DNA of 64,000 nucleotides from Octopus vulgaris (lineage: Eukaryota), in contig OX597819.1 of NCBI GenBank assembly GCA_951406725.2, positions 57,598,001-57,662,000 of the forward strand. Direction: 5' to 3'. This document shows, piece after piece, positions 26,256 through 39,825 of the stretch. The position numbers and the translations under genes are program-made. Under the pieces are notes generated by a model that was not told the origin of the DNA, did not search any database, and saw only the letters and a program-made list of their open reading frames with translations. Position 1 is the stretch's first letter, and the number at the start of each line of letters is the position of its first letter.

Positions 26256-26719
26256 CACCTCTGTATTGCAGTTGACGTTTTCATTGTTGCTGATGTAAAT
26301 ATAATTTCGATTTGAATAGTCACGATGTGTTAGCTGGACATGTATGTACCATTTCTCTTCACCAACCTAATGGCTTCTTCTTACAATAACAGATTCTGCG
26401 GGTCCTTTTCGTTAGTATCGCAGTTTGAATTTTTAAAATTAAGTGAAATTTTTCAAATTTGTAACTTTTCACGTTGCTTTGATTTTAATTGTTTGAGAAT
26501 AATTTTAGAAACGTGTTACAGAGGTTTAAAATTTGATAATTTTTACCCAGTCAGTGCCAGCTCCCACATACTTTTTCTATCGCATTATTTCTTATTAAAC
26601 AAGCTAAATTTTTTGTTATTACATAATCTGTACTCTATAATATTATAGTTCAGTTCATGTAGAGAAAATTCGAAGACCTAAATTTGATAAACTTCAAGAG
26701 TTTCTTAAATTACGATTTT

Positions 26720-27340
26720 CGTATCTCCTGTGGAACATAAACTCGCAAACATACGAGTTGACTATAAAACGGTTGGTCTGACAGCGTCGTCGTTTCTTCC
26801 CTCGTATTTACTCAGGCCCGTGTGTTTTCTATTTGAGTGTGGGTATCCTCTTTCGAGTTAATAAATTCAGCAATGTGGTTCACTGTTCTGTCGAAAATTA
26901 TAACCAATTTAAAGTATGTGAAAGTAGGCATTCTACAACTCACACAGAAAACTGTGCCGCGACTCTGATATGGCATCTCATAAGGAAATACTTGTCTGAT
27001 ATCGCGACACACTCCGCCGAAAAACCACTGCTCAGATAGCGAGCATTCTTCCTCCGTTGTATTTACACCTTGAAAAGACTGAGGGACGAAACCGTCTTCC
27101 TAGGACCGCCTATTTGAACTGGGTTGCAAAACAGATCCTCCGTATATATTTCACGAACACAGCCATTTTCATTCACAAACTGTGCAATGACTCCCCACCC
27201 CAGGTCTTCAACGCAAGCCCGAAATGTTAAATCCGTGGCCCACAAATAAAGGAAAAACAGTACGGCCTGACAGACACACACTCATTGCATCCTTTTTTAG
27301 GGGCACTGCCTGTAAAATTTCCTGCAAAGCGTCTTCATCT
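26720..27340 (-). pseudogene. Merlin/IS1595-family transposase relic
   Basis: Ordered fragments across frames: RQCPKKGCNECVSVR; VREIY...IGGPRKTV; QWFFGGVCRD; TVNHIAEFI...HTQ-IEN; NSYVCEFMFHRR. These match the IS1595/Merlin DDE motifs. Confidence 0.75.
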
Positions 27341-28531
27341 GGCTTTTTGTACATAACTTTTTTTCTTTTAAGGATAATTCCCTTCTCTTACAATAACACA
27401 AAAAAGCGCATCCTCCTGTTTTCAATTTATCCATACTCGAAAGATCGGACGAAAACAAATCATTTAAACTTTCTCTTTTTAATTTTAGGTTGCCGCCAAC
27501 ATCTCTACATTAGACCTTCTGTATTGAGTACACATCTACTATCTTTAGAAAATGGAGCTTTTGTGGATTCGTTCTGCCTTCAGTGACCTTAAGACGGTGG
27601 CAGATCGTTTTCAAAAGCAGTGTCATCGCTTAATTTTCGAATGTTCGTGAAAAATTAAAATCCTTGTTGGGGATAGTGTAACGTTCTCAAAATTCGATGA
27701 TGGCGAGCACACTGCGACCTGTGTACGGACCAACGTGGCATGCTGGTATAGAAGAATGTGCTACCATCACAAAAACCGTTAACTGCAATTACTGATGCCA
27801 CAGTCGTTATTGAACTGGAAATCTCTAATCCTCGCCGTTTGCTTGGCGTTGCACTCGATGTAAATACGATATGTCTATATCGCAAATCGGCATTTTGTTT
27901 GTCCGTAAACCGTTTTAGTTTCTGAACGTACAACCCCTGACACAAATGCAACCTAGATACACATAGTGTTGCGGAAATGCATGGGTGTTGAAACCGAAGC
28001 GATAAATCGTGACTGATTCACTTTATCACTTAGTTTGGTCTTGTGTTGGTTTGGATATTCAAACCAACACTTAAGTTATCGGTTATAGTACATGAATACA
28101 CATACAATGTGTATATGTGCTTCTCTATACCTTGTGTAAAATGCTGCATTTTACGGTTTTAATCTTTTACGTAAAGGTAAATTAAAAGAACTTGTACAAT
28201 ATTTCGAGTAATAGTATTTTTTTTCTCTTAGTCGTCTGAGACAACAGTCCAGATTGGTTTTGAAAAATCTTATCCACATTTTGTATTCTCTTTTTTTCGT
28301 AGACCATTTTGAAGCTGGTTAAGAATTTTTTTTTTTAATTTTCACTTTGGCAATTATAGTTTTCTTTTACAAACACTGATTTTGATGCTAGATAAAAGAT
28401 TTTAAGCTGAAATGTGAAAAGCATTTTTAAACTGAAATGTCAATAAAACGATCGTCAATTTCTTAAATTTTCTGTTTTTTATATTATGTACATTTTGTGT
28501 ATATTTATATTTGTGCGAATATTGGCGGATA

Positions 28532-28920
28532 TACTCTTTTACTTGTTTCAGTCATTTGAGTGTGGCCATGTTGGAGCACCGCCTTTAGTCGAACAAATCG
28601 ACCCCAGGACTTATTCTTTGTAAGCCTAGTATTTATTCTATCGGTCTCTTTTTGCCGAACTGCTAAGTTACGGGGACGTAAACACACCAGCATCGGTTGT
28701 CAAGCGATGTTGGGGGGACAAACACAGATACACAAGCACACATATATACATATATACGATAGGGTACTTTCAGTTTCCGTCTACCAAATCCACTCACAAG
28801 GCTTTGGTTGGCCCGAGGCTATAGTAGAAGACACTTGCCCAAGGTGCCATGCAGTGGGACTGAACCCGGAACCATGTGGTTGGTGAGCAAACTACTTACC
28901 ACACAGCCACTCCTGCGCCT
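28532..28920 (-). mobile_element. Full-length CORE-like tRNA SINE (family 2)
   Basis: A box TGGCTGTGTGG, B box GGTTCAGTCCC, CORE-like CACCTTGGGCAAGTGTCTTC. Other copies at ~24200-24565, 30610-30760, 42025-42375 and 47770-47895. Confidence 0.8.
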
Positions 28921-29330
28921 ATATATAATTTTTCTTCACTGGTTTTAAGCCATAGGCTGTAGCCATACTGTGACACCATCTTTCAGCGTCATTTGGTTTC
29001 TTTTCCCAATCTTTTTTTGTTTTTTTCTTTGATGAAATAGTTAGATAGAGTCGAAACAGGGGCAGCTGATGAAGGGGAATTTTCCTTGTATTGTTTGTCC
29101 ATGTACTCTGTTTTTTCGTTGTTAAGAAAAGTCCGTTTCCTTGTTTGATTGTATGTTTTCGTTTCTCGTTGTGTTCTACGTTTATTTGTGGTGTCCTGTA
29201 CTCATATATGCATGTATATATACATATAGATGTAAGTATGTACATATATGTATGTATATATGCATGTTTTATTTATTATAGTTATTATATGACCGAACGC
29301 ACGCGTTGTTTTCTCTTCTCCAAGTAAGTT

Positions 29331-29408
<78 letters not shown>

Positions 29409-30127
29409 TGGAGTAAATGAGCTAAGCAGTGTTTACGTATAATCACAATTGAGATTAACTGAAATATGTTTTTAGTTAAATAAACTGCAATTACCGTAGA
29501 GAAAAATTCTCTCTCATGGTAAAAGGTGTGAAAAAACCCCGTTCGTTCAGTGTCGCCCTCTCTTGGGAATCTCAAACATCGATGTTTCGAGCTTGTTGCC
29601 TTTTGTCGATCAGATGTAACTGAGAGAGGCAACCCTGACCTAATAGCTTTATATATAATTCAACCGACACATTGACTGATTTGCGCCAGTAGATCGCCCG
29701 ACCGAGAAAAATATCGGAGCAAATGCGCTCAGCTGTGATTACGTATAATCAGAATTTAGGTTAGTTGAATAATATATAAAACTGAGAATATCTGTTTGTG
29801 TGGATCCCTAAAACTCGAGAACTACCCCACCGATTTCATTCAAATTTTACACATGTCTTACTTACGGTCCATGCAGTGTCATGGCCTAAAACAATTTTCA
29901 ACCTCTTGCCTACTGCGAGTCCAGAACAATGTCTTATCTCTTATATATATCTCAGTATTACGTGTCAAAAGTGAAATAATATCTTTCTATTAATACTGAA
30001 ACTATTAAAGTGAAACTATTATCTGACATATATATCTCATATATATACAAAAATGTGACCGCGTGTGTGTACCGTTGGCGATTTTTTTCCCTTCGTCTTC
30101 CCTTCTCTGGATCTTTCCTTTTCCTAT

Positions 30128-30161
30128 GTTTCTGACGAAGAGCTCCGCTGGAAACGTAAAC
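30128..30161 (+). ncRNA. Hammerhead-like motif in a ~200-bp repeat (30055-30260)
   Basis: GUUU-CUGACGA-A-GAGC ucc GCUg-GAAAC-GUA-AAC; family members at 47251-47285 (+) and ~42590-42622 (-). Confidence 0.6.
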
Positions 30162-30349
30162 CCCTCCTTCTTCCCTTCCTTCATGAGCGTCCAATAATAC
30201 TATATTTGTTCCACGTCCTCGCGTTGTTGTTTTCTCTTTGTGTTTTCTTGTTTAACACATAAATGTGAAACAAGGTGGAAAAAAGTGTACTCAAATACCA
30301 GAGGTAGAGTAATATGCTTTATTTAAAAGCAGCAGAAATATAACAAAAG

Positions 30350-30387
30350 CTGTTACTCGGAGCTTCACGTTCCCGTTCGTCGGACAG
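30350..30387 (-). ncRNA. Variant or degenerate hammerhead motif
   Basis: CUGU-CCGACGA-ACG ggaa CGU-GAAG-CUCcGAG-UA-ACAG: all three stems present, with two core substitutions. Confidence 0.5.
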
Positions 30388-30390
30388 TTT

Positions 30391-30542
<152 letters not shown>

Positions 30543-30767
30543 TTAAACCAGCCGAAATCGCAAAGATAATCTGGAACTCTTAAGTATCGTATGAATTAGT
30601 TATATTTCTTTCATTTTGCTACTTGCTTCAGTCATTTGACAGCGGTCATACTGGAGCACCGTCTTTGGTCGAACCGCTAGATTTAGGAGACGTAAACACA
30701 CCAGCATCGCTTGTCATGCAATGGTGGGTGGGCAAACTCAGACACACAAACATACACACATACATGC

Positions 30768-30825
<58 letters not shown>

Positions 30826-30835
30826 GCATATATAT

Positions 30836-32296
30836 ATTGACAAGTGCATTCAACGTGCCCTTCAACTTAACATCAAGGAACTGAGACATCCCAAATCAAA
30901 GAAAAACTTACAACCAAAAGCCTTACCATACATCTCCACACACAACCCTCTCCATAACGAAGCCTTCGGCACAACATACCTCCACAACATACCCCTCCTA
31001 AAAAAAGACCACAGAATGAACACAATCCTCCAAACACACACGATCATAAAAAGCAAAAGACAGCCTAGATCCATGAAAAGTCTCCTAACACAAGCCCGAA
31101 TTCACTCTTCAACACAGAAGCCGACAGTAAAAAAATGTGTAAGACCCAATTGTGGGATATGCGACTATCTAATTGAGGGATCAGAGTTCTCCTTCAAACA
31201 GGGACAACGGTTTACAGTGAAAAGCAACTTCACATGCGCTTCGGAGAACCTAATATACTCACTAACCTGCTCCGAGTGTCAAAAGCAGTACATAGGCCAA
31301 ACAAAAAATGGTTGCGTAAACGAATGGCCCTGCACAGATCCCAGATAAAAATTCCCCAAAACAGAAAAATAGCTTTTAGCCAACACATAGATACTTGCGC
31401 CAACAAAAAAACACCAAACTTCAGGATTTTCCCCCTCTACCAATTTAGGGACGATACAACCTCGAGACAACGAACAAGTGAAGAAAATCTCTTTATTACA
31501 AAATACAAGCCACTTCTTACCGGGTCTACGACAAACAATCAATATACCTCAACTTTAGAATAAAAGAAATATATACACACACAAATATTACACTCCATAG
31601 AATCCATTACTAATCAGCCCCAATCACAGCTATACTTTCACCCATTCATATTCTCCCTTCTCTGTTTTTTTCTTCTTCTTCTTCCTCTTCTTCTTCATCA
31701 TCATCATTATCATCATCATCGTCGTCATCATCATCACCACCATCATCACCATCATCTTCTTCTTCTTCTTCTTCTTCTTCTTCTTCTTCTTCTTCTTCTT
31801 CTTCTTCTTCTTCTTCTTCATCATCATCATCATCATCAACATCGTCAACTTCTTCTTCTTCTTCTACTTCTCCACCTTCCACCCCTTAACCTTGTCACTA
31901 ATGTCTTTCAGTATAACGCCTACGCAAATTCCATAAACAATTCCTGAATTGAACTGCGACTGCTGTCAGCCACTGACCATTCAAAATACGACCATCAAGG
32001 CATTCCCAGATTTCCCCACCCCCTCTCCACATCAGCCTCCTTATTCTTCACCTACCCTACCAAGAACTCACAACGACCTCGAACACACAAGTGCAAACAA
32101 GGGAGTCAGAGAAAAGCAGAATGCTACTTATATCTGAAAACTACTATAGAAATATTCTTTTAAAAAAACTTTTCTTCTAATTTTTCTAAATTTAATTATT
32201 AAATCGTTACAGTTGAAAAGGTCCCAAAATGACCGAAACCGGTACTGAAAGATTCACTATAAAATTATCTTAGCATTTTCTATTTTTGACTTGTTT

Positions 32297-32301
<5 letters not shown>
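30836..32301 (+). mobile_element. 5'-truncated Penelope-like element: GIY-YIG end, 3'UTR and HHR-bearing terminus
   Basis: KCVRPNCGIC...FTCASENLIYSLTCSECQKQYIGQT, frameshift, RKRMALHRSQI...E; HHR at 32210-32247; (TA)n on both sides. Confidence 0.8.
32210..32247 (+). ncRNA. Minimal hammerhead, U3-A8 core variant
   Basis: CAG-UUGAAAA-GGUC ccaaaau GACC-GAAA-CCGG-UA-CUG. Confidence 0.7.
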
Positions 32302-32358
<57 letters not shown>

Positions 32359-35300
32359 GATATGTCGTTGATTGTTGAAGTATAAAGACGTATTTTTACT
32401 CCTCTCAGCGCTGGTCAGCAGCAAGCTTCACAGCTACAAACGAAATTGACCGTCACTTATATTCTTATACATTCGAAACCACGCATTTCCCGACTCGTGA
32501 GTAGACTTTTCTTTAACTACAAATTATTTTCATAAATTTCACACGACCAAATTAAGCAAAACCACACACTCTTATGAGAGAGCATTTATTTATATATGCA
32601 CCCCGTCAACACCTTCTGATAACTAAAAGATCACCCACACAATAAAAATTAGAAAAAGGGGGAAAAAGAGAAGAAAAGAAAGATAAACTTACTGCAAGCT
32701 CATAATTCAAATACAATCACATATTTCTCAGTATTACAGCAAATATTCTGTACAATCTATTCTATTATACATACAAAGAATAAATAAATAAAAAAAATCA
32801 ACAAAACAAACGAATAAAATAAAACTTAGTAAAATTTATCCACCGGAATGGCTAGCCATCAAAAGTCAAAAAAAAATTGGTCTGATAATGAAATCGACGT
32901 TCTTATAAATACATGGCATTGCCTTACCCAAACGGAAAACATAGGTGCTTCGTGTCTGAACGAAATTGCTGAACGGACAGTTCATATTTTGCTAACTCGA
33001 TCAGAACAGCAGATTCAAAATAAATTAAAGCAAATCGAAGTTGCTTTTAAATTAATCGATAAACACTTCGATAAACTGAGATGTGTTTTCTCTTCGAACA
33101 CATCGCCGGCGCAACAACAACAACAACTTCCGCAGCATGAACAGCAACAACCTCAGCGGCAACAAGAACAACAACAACAACAACCTCAGCGGCAGCAACA
33201 ACAACAACAGAATGAACCACTCCTTGATTCATCTACAATCGACAATTTGTTAAACGAAACGATTGACCCCCCCAGTCACCAGGGTCTCACAGCAGGAAGC
33301 ACCATCCCTTCCTTTCACTGCCCCAGTAGCTCAATCATCATCACTGTCAACATCATGTCTTCTGCCTACTACTACTATTACTACAAACACTATCAAACCA
33401 AAAACATCTTTGTTTACCGCTATCTCATGGAATCAATCATCATCACTGTCAACATCTCTTCTGCCCTACTACTACTACTACTGCTGCCGCTACCTCAAGG
33501 AATCTACCTCCTACTATTTCCACCGGTCACTAAGGTCGCCAAAACCTCAACAAACTATCATCCACACCTCTCACAACTCACACACGCACCTACACACCCA
33601 CTCGAAGCCCCATCATTTGCCGTTATTCTCTCCGCCATACATTGTGCACTGATAGAGACTGCAAATTCACCCAATTACTTGGGACAAAACGCATTATCCC
33701 CACAAACTACAAAAGCCACAACCATAATACATACTCTATTACAACACCACCACAACCACCAATATCTCAAACAAGGAATCCCCAAATCTGCCGCTATTCC
33801 CAGCGAGACAGATTGTGTTTGCACAGGGATTGTCCTTTTACCCATCTCCCGGGGACTCGTCGGACAAATGATAATAAAAACAAAAATAAAAACCCAAAAA
33901 CCTACGACTCATATAGAAATAGCAACCACAGTCACCTACAATTCCCTAGACAGGAAACTTCTTCCTCTTTTTTTTAGCTATAATGAATCAAGCAAAAGAA
34001 CTGGAAAAAAACATCCGAGCTATCACCCACCACCATCCACCACTATCACCCCACTGCACATGCCATTAAAAAGCAATCAAATAAACAAAACACCAAAACA
34101 ATTAAAACCATCCACTCTCGCCTCAACATTTTTGCTTAATGCCCAATGCATCAGCCCTTCCACCAATACTCAAAAATGGAAGATAAAATTCCTGGAGGAC
34201 CGGGTCCATGCCCATCCAAACCACATCCCTTTCTTCGTCCTCACTGAAACCCATCTTAGTAACCTCCACTTGGAAGCCGAGGTGAAAGTTAAAAATTTCA
34301 AAGCCATTCGTGCTGATCGTGCTGGCAGAAGAAAGGGTGGGACTGCCATTTATGTTCATGATTCATTCTCAACAGAAGCTATGAACATATTTTCCAATTG
34401 ATACTGCGAAGCAGTCGCTGTATTCAGTCAAACCAACAACTTAACAGTAGTTGGGCTCTACAGACCACCCGAAACGCCCCTGCCATGCTTCAAGGAATGC
34501 CTCAACAACATAAGGTGTTTCATTCAGCAGTGTCAACCTGACAACATTTTAATGATGGGAGACTTCAACCTTCCCGGGGTTGACTGGTCTACAAACAGTC
34601 TGCCGCCAGGTTCTTCTCTCTCAACCCCTGACAGGGAGGCAGTGGAATCGCTTCTTGACTTCATGGATGATTTCTTACTGTCCCAACTGGTGCTCGAACC
34701 AACGAGATGTCACAAAAACGTGTTATACTTAATTTTCAGCAATCACACTGATACTATCCACAATATTGCAGTGGAGAAAATTCTACTCTCTGATCATGAC
34801 ATGGTTCTTGTGATCTGAGATTTCACCGGCCAAAATGCAAAACAAATGTCATCCCTCCTGTTCATCCATTTGACACAAGGGATTTCCACAATGCAAACTG
34901 GGAAGCGATCAATAATGATCTTGCACAAGTCGATTGGTCCTTCACGCACACATACACACCCACTAACATCAAAAACATCAAAAAGTCCTGGCAGTCATTT
35001 GTAGACACCATTACGAACATATGTGCAAAACACACCCCATTAAGATCTGCAAACAAATCTAAGTGTCGAATCCCTAGAAATAGAAAATCTCTCATTAGGA
35101 AAATTAAAAGAATTAACAAAAAAATCAACAAGCTGAAATACTGTAAAGAGCAACACACCAGCCTGACTGCCATCTCGTCGCTAGAGATTAAAAAGCATAA
35201 ACTCCAAAACAACATGATGTCTATCATCAATAGTCAGCGAAGAGCTGAAGAGGCCTGGGCCATTGAGAAGATCAAACTCAATCCCAAAGTGTTCTTTTCA

Positions 35301-37156
35301 TTTGCAAAAAAACACAGTCACTGGTTCTACTGTTGGCCCTCTGATTGATGAAAATGGTACTCTTCAAAACAATGCCAAAATCATGGGAGAGATATTGCAG
35401 AAACAATATTGCTCTGTTTTCAGCAATCCTGATATGACTGATCTGGGCTGTATCAGTGATGTTACTCCCCAATAGACTTTATCGGACATAACATTTGGCG
35501 CTCCTGATATCTTAGCAGCAATAAAGGAAATGAAGCATAATTCAGCAGTAGGTCCCGATAGGTTCCCTGCTTGTGTCTTGAAGATGTGTCAACACCAACT
35601 TGCACCCCGTCTAGCCAATCTGTGGCGGAACTCACTGGATGCTGGATATATACCAGAAGACCTTCTATCCCAGTCTGTTGTCCCAGTTTTCAAAAAAGGA
35701 AACAAATCGCTTGCCGTGAATTACCGCCCAGTCTCACTCACCTCTCATATCATTAAGGTATTTGAGAGAGTGCTGAGATCGCGTATGACTCACTTCCTTG
35801 AGAGTCATAATATGCTGAACTCCAGCCAGCATGGATTCCGTAATGGAAGAGATTGCCTGACGCAGCTACTGCATCATTTTGATGACATTTTGAGAGCCTT
35901 GGGAGAGGGTTCCAACACTGATGTCATCTACCTTGATTTCAGCAAGACCTTTGACAAGGTTGATCATAAGATCCTTTTGAGAAAGCTGTGCAATACTGGT
36001 GTCACTGGAAAGTTGCTGCAGGGGATCAAGTGTTTCCTGTCTAACAGAACCCAACATGTTGTAGTCGAAGGAGTCAAATCCAGCCCAGCCAAAGTCAGCA
36101 GTGGTGTCCCACAAGGCACTGTGTTGGGCCCACTTCTCTTCATCATCTACATTAATCATATTACTGACACCATCAAACACAGTAACATCAGAACCTTCGC
36201 TGATGATTCCAAGATCCAGAAGATCATCAATGGCGTGGATGATCGAATAAGCCTTCCGTCAGACCTACTGGCTGTTGTCCAATGGGCGGAAAAGAACAAC
36301 ATGTTGCTAAACGAAGACAAATTCGAACTGATCCACTTTGGAAGGGAGGACGCTCTGAAACTCCCATACTCCCTTCCTTCTGGAGAAATTCTCATGGCGT
36401 CTAACAACATCAGAGACTTGGGAGTAACAGTGGAAAACAACATAAGCTGGGCTACACGTATAAGCAGCAAAGTTGACATGGCCCGCAGAATGTGTTCCTG
36501 GATTCTCAGAACCTTCCAGTCGAGAGATTCCCACACCATTATCCTTCTCTTCTCCACTTTTGCCCGATCCCACCTTGAATACTGCTGTCCACTGTGGTCT
36601 CCCTACACAAAACAAAATATTATGAGAATTGAAGCTCCCCAAAGGTCAATCACGAAAAAGATAGATGGCATGTCAAACCTTGACTACTGGGGTAGACTAG
36701 AGAAACTGAAACTGTATTCACTCCAACGACGCCGTGAACGCTACATGATCTGTATGATGTGGAAAATATTCCATCAGCACTGTCCAAATGATGTTGACAT
36801 CACCTTCAAATTACATCCAAGGCTTGGACCACGTTCCATCCGTCCACAACAAAAATCTAAATCGCATCACATAACGACAATACGGCACAATTATTTCACC
36901 TCAGTTGGACCCGCTCTCTTCAACCAGGACACGTCAAAACAGACCACACAAAATTCAAGAAGTCTTTGGACAAATTCCTTCAAACAGTCCCGGACAAACC
37001 ATCCACACCCGGATATGTCTCCGCAAACAATAACTCTCTGCTCGAATGGGCCTCGGTGCCCAAATCCTGAATTGAAAGACTTCGCCAGGTGGTGCTATTA
37101 AGTTAGACATGGCCTGAGCCAATACTGGCCAAAACCTTTCTAAGTTATTCTAAGTT
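32359..37156 (+). mobile_element. Near full-length CR1-like LINE (5'UTR, ORF1, APE-RT ORF2), inactivated
   Basis: APE motifs [31 protein letters not shown]; RT motifs NYRPVSLTS, YLDFSK, SGVPQGTVLGPLLF, FADD; short tandem tail (TTCTAAGTTA)2; embedded in (TA)n. Confidence 0.9.
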
Positions 37157-37286
37157 ATATATATATGTATGTATATATATATATATGTATATATATGTAT
37201 ATATATATATGTATATGTATGTATATATATATATATATATGTATGTATATATATATATATCTGTATGTATATATATATACATGTAT

Positions 37287-37354
<68 letters not shown>

Positions 37355-37413
37355 GTATATATATATATGTATTTATATATATGTATATATATATATATAT
37401 ATATGTATTTATA

Positions 37414-37463
<50 letters not shown>

Positions 37464-37468
<5 letters not shown>

Positions 37469-37672
37469 AAAACAAGTCAAGATAGAAAATGCTAAAATAA
37501 TTTTATAAAGAACATTTCAGTACCGGTTTCGGTAATTTGAGACCTTTTCAACTGTAACTATTAAATTAAGTTTAGAAAAATTAAAAGAAAAGTTTTTTTA
37601 AAAGAATATTTGTATAGTGTTCAAATATAAGTGGCATTTTCCTTGTTACTGCCTTTCTGTGTCTCTCTTGTT
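37464..37672 (-). mobile_element. Inverted copy of the PLE terminus, with hammerhead at 37518-37554
   Basis: Diverged reverse complement of 32096-32301, with the same UUGAAAA...GAAA-CCGG-UA core. Confidence 0.8.
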
Positions 37673-37676
37673 ATAC

Positions 37677-37772
<96 letters not shown>

Positions 37773-39427
37773 ACACAATTTATATCATTCTGCTTGCGAA
37801 CAGAAATCGAAAAGTGGTCTGTGATGAAGGTTTTAGCAAAACTTGACACCAGTTTATCTCTTAAAGGGACAAATAAGTGTCTTTTCCAAGCCAGGCCCAA
37901 TTGTGTTCAGTGAAAGCACATCTGTAACGTCTGCGCTTCGTTTCAAATCATTCTAACAAACCACTTTGAGTCTCCTATAAACTTGTATCCAGTCGTAAAG
38001 GATTGTCCATCTTCGATACGCACCATCGTTACTACATCACCATCATTAATTTCACAATCTCATCAATATCTCACTGTAACCACTCCCACAAAAGTCTCTC
38101 CACTACTCCATCACCACCACTATAACCACCACCACCACTACCACCACCACTACCACCACCACCGCCACCACCACCACCACCACAACAACAACAACAACAA
38201 CAACAACAACCACAACTACCACACCACCACCACCACCACCACCACCACTACCACCACCACTACCACTTTTAATATCATTACCGTAACCATAACACCCCTT
38301 AATCCAACCAAACTATAAAAAAAACACTCCTAAAGTCTATCAATAACAACAACGAAAACACGTACACTATTTCAAAAAACTCGATGATTAAAAATAAGAT
38401 ATATTCAGTGTTTGTTCAGTGAAGTTTGACTGTAGATAATAAAAGCTTGTTATAAATCAAGTGTCGTTCAACTTGAGGTGAGAATGGTTTTTACACTCGG
38501 AAGAAGGGGACACTCCTGACAGCGGTAGAAACTAGCGGTGTCATTAGACACTGTCGACTTCAGTGAATAATTCAGACATTTTTGGACATTCAGTGATAAT
38601 TCTGAAAGTAGTTGGTTTTGTTGAGAACAGTGGACAGTCCGTAATCTTCTGAAATACAGTTGTTACCCTCATCTCTTACCAAACGTAAGTCATGTTTCCT
38701 TGTTTTCTACTACGTGTTAGGAACGTCGTCTCTGTGACTGCTCCACTCTGAATGTGTTCCACTCTTAATGGTGCTCACTCCAGCACTGTGATTGAGACAA
38801 GTTTGATGTAGGTTTTGTATATACAAGTTTACTAATGTGTTTACGCCGGAGGAAGCTGTGATTGTGTTCAAAATATGCCTGGAGTTTAAGGGTAAGAACG
38901 ATTGTGGTTTATGAGGAAGGCGTTGAATGGATGATGTCGTAGCAGTGTTGTAGATTTGTCTGGGTGCTTAAGGTTTATTGCGTGTAATACCAGCAAACGT
39001 TGTAGTTTGCTACCCACACAAACTATACCTCTCTCGTGTTCAGGTCCTTTTTTCATTTATTGCATTTTTACTTCATTACAAAGGAACTCTACAGGTATGG
39101 TTTGCGTGCATAAAGCCGCATTGCATCAGTCACGAACTTGTCCTTTTTTCATTGACTTCAAGACACAAAAAGACAAAGCATTTAATCAAACACCTCTGTA
39201 ATTCATCCACTCCGCCATCGCTTTAATAATATCAATAAAACTTGGTGAGTTCAAATTCTACCGAGATCGACATTGCCTTGCATCCTTTCGAGGTCGATAA
39301 ATTAAGTGCCATTTGCGAAATGGGGTCGATCTAATCGACTGGCCCCATTCCCCCCAAATTTGGGTCCTTGTACCTAGAGTAGTAAAGATTATTAATAATA
39401 CTAGAAGATACGCAATCTTCTAGTGTA

Positions 39428-39620
39428 TGATACCTTGATGAATTCTTTGCCATGAAACCACCTCAATTCTGGGAAGAAGGTATTTTCAAGTTAAAGGAAA
39501 GATGAAGACGCATTGTGCAACAAAATGGTTCGTATTTGGTCGATTAAAAATGTAATGGCAAGTATTTATTGACCTTTTTCTTTCCTTTAAAAATCGGCAC
39601 GAACTTTCCGGACAACCCAA
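39428..39620 (+). mobile_element. Mariner transposon 3' end
   Basis: YLDEFFAMKPPQFWEEGIFKLKER*RRIVQQNGSY (mariner C-terminus), then TIR ...CGGCACGAACTTTCCGGACAACCCAA|TA. Confidence 0.75.
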
Positions 39621-39825
39621 TATTATTGTGAATTGTTTGATAAAAAATTCGATTCTTATCAAACAATAAAAGAACATAAGGTTTCCTGCGCTCCCCTCTA
39701 TCATGCAAAATTAAGACAGACACGAGGCATTTGCAGGTTGAAGTCCTCCTGTGACCTTCATACTGCTGTGACCCGATCTATGGTAGAGTCTCTCCAATCA
39801 TCAGTGGCTATACTCACAAAGCACA

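Noticed and set aside
29025-29090. GAAAC and CTGATGA motifs close together
   Set aside because: Could not build consistent stems for any hammerhead topology.
29565-29650. Minus-strand GCUC-GAAA-CAUCGAUG-UU with palindromic stem III
   Set aside because: No correctly placed CUGANGA; at best a truncated half-ribozyme.
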